From the IMG/VR virus record IMGVR_UViG_3300037043_000425, positions 1-25,822 of that record: 25,822 nt of DNA; one strand, given 5' to 3'. The stretch comes from a virus. Taxonomy: Duplodnaviria > Caudoviricetes. Below are positions 18,145-25,491 of the stretch, one piece after another (position 1 is the stretch's first letter; each line of letters opens with the position of its first letter). The notes under the pieces are model-generated. The model was not told where the DNA came from. It made no database searches and worked only from the letters and a program-made list of their open reading frames with translations. Position numbers and translations under genes: made by a program.

Positions 18145-19308
18145 ATGTCAACTCAATATGGCGGATATACTGCACCGACCCCTGGCTATTGGGCTGACGG
18201 TTATTATTCAACCAATTATCCTTGGTTAGCAGGAGACAATAACACCGGGACCTATTGGAACAAGGGGACCCTGCCGGCTTACTTTTATATCGAATTTGGC
18301 AACTTCAAAGATTATGTGATTGACCGGATCGATGCATATAACACTGCCCACAATAACCACGTTAAAACCTTTGATCTCCATGGCGGGACCCTTAACGGCA
18401 ACGGGACTATTACCTGGACTCAGATCGCCCTCGGCTTAGAGTTCGGCTCAAGCACAACCTGGGGAACCGTTTCATTTACCAACACAACCGCCTATCGTTA
18501 CTACAGAATAAAGGCAACCGCTATCCGGAGCGGGACCACCTATCCGAGGATATTTGAGATCAAATATTATGGCCCGGACGGGCAAAACCCGGTCCCGAGC
18601 CTGTCAAAACTCACGAACGGAGACGAGACTTACACCGACTCGGGCCACGTCACTACCCACGCCTTTTCCCTGGCTTTTGACGGCGACGACGCTACTTACT
18701 TTCAGCAAGGCGGTTCGAACCAATGGGTCAAAGTCGATTTTGGGGCGGGGAACGGCCAGGTCGCCACAAAGTGGGTTTTCTATCAAATCCAGACGAACAA
18801 CTATTACGGCCCCGAAGGGTTTTCGATCCATGGGTCCAACGATAACTCGAATTGGACCCAATTACTCTCCGGGACCAATGAGCAGAAGTCCGGGAAATAT
18901 CACGAGTTCACTTGGATCAATACGACCCCTTATCGCTATTATCGGCTCACCTTTTCATTGGCTTCAAGCTATTGGTATATCGGGACTTCAAATATTTATG
19001 GGACTGTCGAGGATCCTGATCCCCCTGCCAACTGCCTGAGCCCGACATCATGTGAAGCCCTCCCCTACGTGCCGCCTGATCCTCCTGCTGACTGTCTGAG
19101 TCCGACACGGTGCGAGGCTATCCCAGGCGTTCCGGAGCCGCTAAGAAGCGCGACCACCTGTGAGACGATTACCCTGCCGCGGCCGAGTGATTGCCGGAGC
19201 CTGACGACTATGCAGGAACTCCTCGAGGCGGGGCCTAACACCTGCGTGAGCAGAACTACTTGCCAGCCGATCATCCTGGATGGCGGCGACTTTTTCTTAA
19301 CGCTTTAA
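18145..19308 (+). CDS. Putative receptor-binding adhesin: two discoidin (F5/8 type C)-like domains plus five C-terminal Cys repeats
   Basis: Duplicated motifs NTTAYRYYRI / NTTPYRYYRL, AFDGD..TY, QWVKVDFG, IHGSNDNSNWT. The C-terminus has PxxCxSxTxC repeats. Confidence 0.78.
   Translation: MSTQYGGYTAPTPGYWADGYYSTNYPWLAGDNNTGTYWNKGTLPAYFYIEFGNFKDYVIDRIDAYNTAHNNHVKTFDLHGGTLNGNGTITWTQIALGLEFGSSTTWGTVSFTNTTAYRYYRIKATAIRSGTTYPRIFEIKYYGPDGQNPVPSLSKLTNGDETYTDSGHVTTHAFSLAFDGDDATYFQQGGSNQWVKVDFGAGNGQVATKWVFYQIQTNNYYGPEGFSIHGSNDNSNWTQLLSGTNEQKSGKYHEFTWINTTPYRYYRLTFSLASSYWYIGTSNIYGTVEDPDPPANCLSPTSCEALPYVPPDPPADCLSPTRCEAIPGVPEPLRSATTCETITLPRPSDCRSLTTMQELLEAGPNTCVSRTTCQPIILDGGDFFLTL
19018..19278 (+). repeat. 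Five imperfect 16-20 aa repeats, consensus P-x-x-C-x-S-x-T-x-C-[EQ]-x-[IL]
   Basis: PANCLSPTSCEAL, PADCLSPTRCEAI, PEPLRSATTCETI, PSDCRSLTTMQEL, PNTCVSRTTCQPI. Confidence 0.85.
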
Positions 19309-19317
19309 GGAGGCACG

Positions 19318-19698
19318 ATGAAATACGCACCTGACGAAAGCATGGACCTGGCCCTGGCGGACATTGCCGATAACGGCAATCAGCTTCACCTGGTATCCCA
19401 AGCCCCGGCTGTCTACGCTGATGTGGCCACGTATACCCTGGGCTATGTGGCCCTGGTTTTGGGTGACGGCAACGGCTCTTACACGATCCAGAACGGGGCG
19501 GTGTCCGGGCGGCGGCTGAGCGTGAGCCAGCAAACCGTACCTGGAACCGATGACGGGGTTGCCGACCACGCGGTGATCATTGACACGGTGAATCAGAAGA
19601 TCAAGGCGGTCACCACGGCCCCCAATTACAACATCTTGAACGGCGTCAACCAGACGGTTCCGGGTTATGACGCTTGGGAGATCGAAGACCCGGCCTGA
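19318..19698 (+). CDS. Small beta-rich virion/fibre subunit (126 aa)
   Basis: Strong RBS TAAGGAGG. Pattern D.AL..I....L.L.S..P..Y....Y.LG..SGRRL.V..G.A.H..I.D..EIEDP is one I recall in small phage structural proteins encoded next to fibre genes. Confidence 0.6.
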   Translation: MKYAPDESMDLALADIADNGNQLHLVSQAPAVYADVATYTLGYVALVLGDGNGSYTIQNGAVSGRRLSVSQQTVPGTDDGVADHAVIIDTVNQKIKAVTTAPNYNILNGVNQTVPGYDAWEIEDPA

Positions 19699-19721
19699 TT
19701 TAGTTAAACAAGGGATTTCTG

Positions 19722-19976
19722 ATGAAGCTTACCTGGTCTGAGGCCGGTAACGGGAACTGGAATGGCAAGGCCGGGCCCTACACCATCATGGTGGTTTCTT
19801 ACCATGATGAAGGCGTATTTCGGGGATGGAGGATTCACCCCAAATTGCCGGGGCTGAAGGGAAGGGTGGTACTGGGCCCGCTGGCAGGCAAAGCTACCGG
19901 GGATCGGCTTTTTGCTGAGTGGCTGCAAACGATAGGAATAAAGGGTGGGTTGATGAATGCCGGATCAGACAGATGA
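19722..19976 (+). CDS. Hypothetical phage protein (84 aa)
   Basis: ATG after AAGGGA. Fills the gap between flanking genes and overlaps the next start. Function unknown. Confidence 0.55.
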   Translation: MKLTWSEAGNGNWNGKAGPYTIMVVSYHDEGVFRGWRIHPKLPGLKGRVVLGPLAGKATGDRLFAEWLQTIGIKGGLMNAGSDR

Positions 19977-20382
19977 CTTTGGCAGCCGCACCTGGAACCT
20001 GGATTGCATGGTGGAAGGTTCCAGGTCTCTCCAGGAGATCCTTGACGGGCGGGTCCGCCTGGTGAACTACCTGGGCATGGACATGGCCGGAATGCCTCCC
20101 GACGTGCGCACCTTCCCCCTCCCGGATGGCCGCGGCGGAGAAGGGCTGACCATCATGCAGCCCTTCGTGGAAAAGCTGCTTCACCAGCCCCTCACGACGT
20201 CCTTTATGATTTTCGATATCTGGCCGGAGCATTTCACGATCACCATTAAGAGCTGCATGCAGTTTTCCGCGGAGGCGGTGTGCAGCGAGATCATCCGGAT
20301 CTTTGGCCGGATCATCGCTTGCCATAGCTGGACCCTGGGTCCGGTGGTGCGGGGCCGCCGGGCGTTCTGCGGGGGTGGCTGA
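19957..20382 (+). CDS. Divergent pyruvoyl-dependent decarboxylase proenzyme, S-adenosylmethionine decarboxylase (SpeD/SpeH class 1B)-like
   Basis: GLT....LTT-S-FMIFDIWPEH....IKSC..F mirrors the family signature GxT....LxE-S-HISIHTWPE....xxxC..F, with identical Ser-to-WPE spacing and a similar size (141 aa). Confidence 0.62.
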   Translation: MPDQTDDFGSRTWNLDCMVEGSRSLQEILDGRVRLVNYLGMDMAGMPPDVRTFPLPDGRGGEGLTIMQPFVEKLLHQPLTTSFMIFDIWPEHFTITIKSCMQFSAEAVCSEIIRIFGRIIACHSWTLGPVVRGRRAFCGGG

Positions 20383-20834
20383 TGGAAAAACTTTTTCTGA
20401 ACCCCTACGTCATGGGGGCTTTCGGTGCGACCATGGCGCTCGGGCTTTTGATCCTCGGGATTACCCTGGTGCTCTTCAGGTTTCTACGGAAACGGATAGC
20501 CGAAGACATTTTGGGGATGCCGCCCCCAGGCGGGCCTGATTCGGAGACTTGGCCTTACCGCAACGCGTTGGGAGGGGTAGGCGCCCCCATAAAATGCCCC
20601 TGGCCCTGCAATGAGCATAAGGCGTTGGTAGAGCGAATTGGGGGGATGGACGGCGAGTTGGGTGAAGTCGAAGGCCGACAAAAATCTCTCCGAGAAGATG
20701 TTTTACCGGAAAAATATGTGGCCCGGCGAGAGTATGAGGCCTGCCAGAAAGACCGCAAATCCCATGAGGGTGAACTTTTTTCCAGGGTGGGGGCTTTGGA
20801 GCGGAAACAGGGCGGAGGAGGAATCCGGGAATGA
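20382..20834 (+). CDS. Single-TM membrane protein with C-terminal coiled coil, lysis-cassette associated
   Basis: Hydrophobic N-terminal segment followed by RFLRKR, a CPWPCxxH motif and a coiled coil. TGATG and ATGA coupling to neighbours. Confidence 0.6.
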   Translation: MEKLFLNPYVMGAFGATMALGLLILGITLVLFRFLRKRIAEDILGMPPPGGPDSETWPYRNALGGVGAPIKCPWPCNEHKALVERIGGMDGELGEVEGRQKSLREDVLPEKYVARREYEACQKDRKSHEGELFSRVGALERKQGGGGIRE

Positions 20835-21967
20835 TTTGGAAAGGCATCGTAGGCCGTAACTTTACTCCCGATGCATTTCGGGAATATGTCGCCGGGCTCA
20901 CTTGGGGTGAATGGCAGCCGAAGTTCATCACCTTGCACCATACCGCCGTGCCCTCCCTGGCGCAGCGGCCCAACGGTTTCAACAATGCCAGCATGTCCGG
21001 CCTCGAACGGTATTACCGGGACGAGATGGGCTGGAGCGCCGGCCCCCACCTATTTGTGGACGACCAACCTGCCGGCATTTGGGTATTCACCCCCCTCACC
21101 ACGCCGGGGGTACACGCCAAGAGCTTCAACGGTCGGTCCCTGGGTCTGGAAATGCTGGGAAACTACGACGTGGAGGATTTTGACACGGGCCGGGGGGCGC
21201 TGGTCCGGGACAATGCCGTGGCTGCCATAGCCATCCTGAGCAATGCCCTGAGGGTTGACCCGGACAGCATGATGTTTCACCGGGATGAGCCAAATACTAC
21301 CAAGACCTGCCCGGGCCGCAACGTGGATAAGGCCGCCTTCATCCGAGCTGTCAAGGATTTCGTGACAAGTGAACCTACCCCTGGCTTTACGCAACTCTCA
21401 GATAGTCAAGCAGAATTGACGCAAACCCAATTCAAGCCCGAAGAGTTTGGCCGGGCTCGGGAGTACCTGCCGGTCTTCCAGGCTGCGGCCGACGCCTACC
21501 GGTGGCCGGCAGAACTTGAGGCAGTAATGCAACAGGCCCTCGGCCCCCGGTGGATGGCCTGGATATTGATGGGGATCGCCAGCCGGGAGAGTCGGTTCGG
21601 GCTGCTCCTGGACGAGAATGGCCGGGGGGACGGCGGTCATGGCCACGGAATCATGCAAGTTGACGACCGGAGCCATGCAGCTTTCTGTGATGGGGAGGGC
21701 TGGCAGGACCTGCGGAACTCCCTGGAGTACGTCCACCATAACGTCATTGTCCCGTCGTTCAACTACCTGGGAGAGAACTGTTTCGAGCTGGTTAAAGAAG
21801 ACTACAGAGCCCTGTTCAAGGCTACCGTAGCCGCCTACAACTGCGGGCCCGGAAACGTTCGTAAGGCCCTGGAAGCGGGGACAGATATGGACTCCCTCAC
21901 AACTGGCCGGGACTATGCCAAGGACGTTCTGGCCCGAGCCAAAACTCTTTATGGGGCACTGACATGA
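20831..21967 (+). CDS. Endolysin: N-terminal Zn amidase (Amidase_2) plus C-terminal GH23 goose-lysozyme/SLT-like domain
   Basis: Amidase motifs TLHHT, GVHAKSFN, GLEMLG, FHRD, KTCPG. GH23 motifs IASRES, GHGIMQVD.R.H, AAYNCGPGNV, TTGRDYAKDVLARA. Confidence 0.9.
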   Translation: MIWKGIVGRNFTPDAFREYVAGLTWGEWQPKFITLHHTAVPSLAQRPNGFNNASMSGLERYYRDEMGWSAGPHLFVDDQPAGIWVFTPLTTPGVHAKSFNGRSLGLEMLGNYDVEDFDTGRGALVRDNAVAAIAILSNALRVDPDSMMFHRDEPNTTKTCPGRNVDKAAFIRAVKDFVTSEPTPGFTQLSDSQAELTQTQFKPEEFGRAREYLPVFQAAADAYRWPAELEAVMQQALGPRWMAWILMGIASRESRFGLLLDENGRGDGGHGHGIMQVDDRSHAAFCDGEGWQDLRNSLEYVHHNVIVPSFNYLGENCFELVKEDYRALFKATVAAYNCGPGNVRKALEAGTDMDSLTTGRDYAKDVLARAKTLYGALT

Positions 21968-22227
21968 AGATCGTCGAACTTATCACCGACCCGAGCTCTC
22001 AGCAACTTTCCATGAGCCGTCTTTGTCTTCCCCTGGTGGTGGCCATCGACCTCGGGTGGGTAGTATCCGCGGTCATGGGCTGGCCCCCGAAAGAGGCCTT
22101 GAATCCGGTATCATCCATGCTGGGGGTAATTACGGGAGGAATCTGCGGGGTCTATGGCCTTTCAACGGTAAAGACGGGCGGCGGGATAGTTGAGAGAATC
22201 AAAACTGTCTTCCAAAAGGCGGCATAG
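21964..22227 (+). CDS. Putative holin (two TM segments)
   Basis: 87 aa, two hydrophobic stretches, basic C-terminus, ATGA overlap with the endolysin. Confidence 0.7.
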   Translation: MKIVELITDPSSQQLSMSRLCLPLVVAIDLGWVVSAVMGWPPKEALNPVSSMLGVITGGICGVYGLSTVKTGGGIVERIKTVFQKAA

Positions 22228-22236
22228 GAGCCTGAC

Positions 22237-22497
22237 ATGGAAATGCTTTTGTCTTTGATTTTGGGACCCCTGGGGATCATTGTCGCCGTGGGTGGAGCGA
22301 TCCTCTATGGCAAATATTACCAGGCCAAGGCCGAAAAGGCCCAGGCCCGGGCCGATGGCTACCAGGCCCAAGCCGAAATCGCCCAAGGGCGCCAGGAGGT
22401 GCAGTATGAAGTGGACAAGATTGTGGAAGAAACTCACCAGAAAGTCGAGGTTGGGGACGCTGCTGGCCTGTCTGACGACTTTAATTCTCTCAAGTAG
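22237..22497 (+). CDS. Inner-membrane spanin (Rz-like)
   Basis: RBS AGGAG, N-terminal TM helix followed by an Ala/Gln-rich coiled coil. Overlapped by a lipoprotein gene. Confidence 0.75.
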   Translation: MEMLLSLILGPLGIIVAVGGAILYGKYYQAKAEKAQARADGYQAQAEIAQGRQEVQYEVDKIVEETHQKVEVGDAAGLSDDFNSLK

Positions 22498-22732
22498 CTG
22501 CGTTCCACATGGGTCCTATCTGACCCTACCCAAGCCGCCGATGCCGGTAGCGCCGCAACTACATTCTAGACCTACCCCGCCACCGCCGCCGGACGGCGAG
22601 AAGGGGGTCTGGTTCCCCCTGGCCGATGCTGGGGCCTTGAAGATCTATATTGAAAGGTTAAAGGGTAAGTGCCGGGAGGATGACGTGATGATCGACAAAG
22701 GGAATGGGTACCTGAAGAAGCATAAATTGTAA
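22406..22732 (+). CDS. Outer-membrane lipoprotein spanin (Rz1-like)
   Basis: AGGAGGT 5 nt before ATG 22406, inside the i-spanin gene. Basic N-region, hydrophobic core, lipobox-like LSSSC, then a Pro-rich segment. Confidence 0.78.
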   Translation: MKWTRLWKKLTRKSRLGTLLACLTTLILSSSCVPHGSYLTLPKPPMPVAPQLHSRPTPPPPPDGEKGVWFPLADAGALKIYIERLKGKCREDDVMIDKGNGYLKKHKL

Positions 22733-22808
22733 TGACCAAGGTTTGCGGTGATAACCATCAAATCGAGATCAGTTAAGGGTAGGGGAAAGAGAGCCCAGGC
22801 CCCACATC

Positions 22809-23551
22809 TTAGAAGCAAGGTTCTCCGGCGATAATCTTCTGGGGAATGTCGTTGACCATGGCCTGGGCGCGCTTTTCTCCTATCAGACGCGATAATTCGC
22901 TGACCGCCTGGCTCAGCACCGGGGGTCGCCGTTTCGGGTCGTGGGTATCGGTGGCCAGCAGGTGAACATACCCCAACTTAACAAATTGTCGAGAAATCTT
23001 TTTTACTCTCCTGCCAAACCAACCGGTCAGACTGTTCCCAGTCATCTGAACCAGGCAGCCCAAGTCAATCAATCGCTTCAGCTTGTAGGGCATCTCTTGT
23101 ATGATTATGTGCCGCTCAGGATGGGTAATGAGGGGAGTTATGCCCTTAGATTGCAGATGAAAACAGATTTCTTCAATCGCCGGCGGCCATGAGGTGTCGG
23201 GGAGCTCTAAGAGCAAATAGCGGTTGGCGTCATTAATGGTCAATGCTCGGCCGTCATCTAAAAGCTTTAATGATTCAAACCCAAGGGGAAAATCACAACC
23301 TGGGAGGATTTCCAGGGGGATTTTTTCTTCATACAATTTATCTTTCAGTTGCGCCACGTGCTGGAGGATTACTTCTCTGGAATTTAATTTAATTGACTCG
23401 GATCGACCGATCTCCCTTTATAGAGGTGCGGAGTGGCTACCATTACCGTGATGCCATCCTCCACCGCCAACCGCGCCATTTGCAGGGTTTGGTCCCAGTT
23501 TTTGGCTCCTTCGTCCACTCCAGGCAGGATGTGCGCATGGATATCAATCAT
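22809..23551 (-). pseudogene. CpsB/CapC (YwqE-like) PHP-family protein-tyrosine phosphatase, frameshifted by a 5-bp duplication
   Basis: MIDIHAHILPGVDEG..VATPH in one frame; YLLLELP, LITHPERH, QMTGNSL.G.FG, LATDTHD...RPP in another. Removing one AATTT unit at 23381-23394 restores QLNSREVILQHVAQLK. Confidence 0.88.
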
Positions 23552-23621
23552 GGTCAGTATTACCTTCTCCTTAACCGACAGCTCACCATGGCAATCGGAG
23601 CAATTCCTCATGACGACCATT

Positions 23622-23810
23622 GTGGCGGATGATACCGGAGGTTATCCCCGCTGCGACAAGATGGGCGTGGTTCGCCTCATTGCCATAGGCTTATCCCCCG
23701 TTGAACAATTTCTCAAAGCCTTCCGTCCCCAAGCGGGCCCGAAAGCTGCACAGGGTAGAGAAGTTAGGAGGCAAATGCTCTACGCTCAGGCCCAGAAACA
23801 CACATCTGCC
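23622..23810 (-). mobile_element. Internally deleted IS5/IS1182-like transposase remnant
   Basis: Minus-strand translation FLGLSVEHLPPNFSTLCSFRARLGTEGFEKLFN (N-terminal DUF772-type motif) joined to a damaged (DK)AYGNEANHAHLVAAGITSGII (DDE second-Asp region). Absent from the ORF track. Confidence 0.68.
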
Positions 23811-23969
23811 AATATGCCTGCAAGAAACTGGAATTTGTCCCTGGACTTCAACAAATCTTTATTGTGCGCTTTCCTGCCTAGTTTCCAAGTAACGTAAAAC
23901 ATTTTAATAAGTTCTGGGTAAAGGGTCAAACCAAAAGCGACCAGCGGAAGAGTATATATTTAAATTGAT

Positions 23970-23992
23970 TGTAACATTTTCAAAATATTACA
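23970..23992. promoter_or_regulatory. AT-rich palindrome, candidate transcription-factor operator
   Basis: TGTAAcATTTT-C-AAAATaTTACA: 10 of 11 positions symmetric, in intergenic DNA. Confidence 0.4.
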
Positions 23993-24092
23993 TTGAGCAT
24001 GCCCTGGTTGCTGCGCCTATCCTGTCAGTGTTGCAATAAACCGGGTGGGTCCATTTTAAATGGCCATCACTGGTCCCATATTGCTTTTCCAT

Positions 24093-24164
24093 TCACATGA
24101 CCTTTATGTGGATGTTCTCCCCAATCAAGACTGTCTCCCCAATTTTGCTGGTTAGAATCAGCAT
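24093..24164 (-). pseudogene. csrA: Truncated carbon storage regulator CsrA/RsmA (23 codons then TGA)
   Basis: GAGGT RBS then MLILTSKIGETVLIGENIHIKVM*, matching the CsrA N-terminus MLILTRKxGExIxIGDxIxIxV. No recognisable C-terminal half follows. Confidence 0.75.
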
Positions 24165-24381
24165 TGGTTAACCTCGATCACGCATAGGCCCTTTTGCTTT
24201 CGTATCTCTTTCTGTCACAAAATTGTTTTGTCATAACAGCACAAGATCTTATAAGAAATGGAAAGACATCTGCTGTTGATGATTCACCGCGGCCTGCTTC
24301 CAATCCAATTTAGAGTGGGTATATGAGATCAGTATTCCTTCACGATATTATTAAAAACACCAATTTCCCGCCAACCAAGGG

Positions 24382-25491
24382 TTAATTAACCCATTCGAAT
24401 TTGCGTTTTAGATCATTGCAGTGACTGTAAGGCAGGCGTCCATCGTGTTGGAGTCTTCCCACCACGATCCCGGGGGCGATTCCCGCCTCATCGGCGAATC
24501 GGATAATGGCTTCCTTGCTCAAGGTTCTTTTTCGTGTCAATCTGCAATAGCTCTCTGAAGGTATCAGGAAATTTGCCGCAAACTTGTTGGCCTCTTCTTC
24601 CAACTCGCCTGAGGATCGTCCCAAAGGAGTCTCGGCGGGTTGCAGTTCCTCTATAAAAATAAGGCGCTTGTCGTGTTTGAGAATATGCCCGGCCTCATGA
24701 AAGAAAGTAAACCAGAGATGATCGTCGGTTTTATATCTCAAGTTAAGCTGGATCATGGCTTTTACCGGAGTTAACCACCTGGCGGCGCCGCTTACCCGGA
24801 TGCCGGGAATCTCGGGGATAAAAACCAGGGCCACTCCGGAAGCAGCGCATAATGAGACCATGCGGGGGTGAAAAATTTCGGGATCTGCAACGGTAAGAGA
24901 ACGTATTTGAGAGAGCACATTCCTGAAGGTTTTGGGGTCATACGGAGGGCATTTGACTTTCTTGGCCTCCATTTCGCCTTTGCGGAGCCATGCCAAAGCC
25001 ACCCACGGATTCCCTTCGAGACTTGGGGACAGGCGAAAATTAACGACTCGGCGATCCCAAAAGTTCTGCAATTCTTGTGGAGAAGCCACCCCGAAAAAGT
25101 TTAAGACTTCAAGCAACTGCTGGACCTTATCCTTAACCTTTTTGATCCAGCCCATCCTGGTCATGGCAGTAATCGGCAATTTTGCCAGCCAGGCAACCTG
25201 CTCCTTGAGCCTTTCCTGTTCCGCCACCCGGGCCAGGTCCTCCCGATAATGACGCTCCCGGCTGTTCCAAAAGGACGCGGGCACCCCTAAGACTCTCTCC
25301 AACTGCAAAGCAGTTTCCGGGGAAATGGCGGCCTTCCCCTTGATAATCTCATTGATGGTTTTCTTGGCCCTGCCTGTCCTCTCAGCCAATTCGGCCTGAG
25401 ACATGCCGACGGCCTCCAGGGTCTCCTGAAGGGTTTCGCCAGGGGCAGAGACAAAATCAGGCATATACTGGTTCTGGATTTCACTAATCAT
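24382..25491 (-). CDS. higA: HigA-type XRE HTH antitoxin fused to an ImmA/IrrE-family metallopeptidase domain
   Basis: PGETLQE.LE..GMSQAELAER.G...TINEIIKGK..ISPETALQLE.V.G..A.FW, then WFTFFHEAGH (HExxH) and EEEANKFAA. ATG 25491 overlaps the toxin stop. Confidence 0.92.
   Translation of the reverse strand: MISEIQNQYMPDFVSAPGETLQETLEAVGMSQAELAERTGRAKKTINEIIKGKAAISPETALQLERVLGVPASFWNSRERHYREDLARVAEQERLKEQVAWLAKLPITAMTRMGWIKKVKDKVQQLLEVLNFFGVASPQELQNFWDRRVVNFRLSPSLEGNPWVALAWLRKGEMEAKKVKCPPYDPKTFRNVLSQIRSLTVADPEIFHPRMVSLCAASGVALVFIPEIPGIRVSGAARWLTPVKAMIQLNLRYKTDDHLWFTFFHEAGHILKHDKRLIFIEELQPAETPLGRSSGELEEEANKFAANFLIPSESYCRLTRKRTLSKEAIIRFADEAGIAPGIVVGRLQHDGRLPYSHCNDLKRKFEWVN

Larger units (their letters stand above)
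1..22732 (+). mobile_element. Prophage late region (siphovirus-type head, neck, tail and lysis modules); left end lies outside the window
   Basis: Co-directional, mostly stop/start-coupled genes in canonical order: portal, protease, capsid, neck, tube, chaperones, tape measure, tail tip, lysis. No sheath gene. Followed by host-type genes on the opposite strand. Confidence 0.95.

Noticed and set aside
22280-22405. 150-aa version of the last lysis ORF
   Set aside because: The strong RBS and signal-peptide layout place the start at 22406.
1-22732. Contractile tail, tailocin or gene transfer agent
   Set aside because: No sheath or baseplate wedge genes; a full head module and a 906-aa tape measure indicate a long non-contractile tail phage.
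23393-23897. Plus-strand ORFs 23433..23897, 23393..23632 and 23701..23892
   Set aside because: They are antisense to the cpsB 5' half and the transposase remnant, which explain the sequence better.
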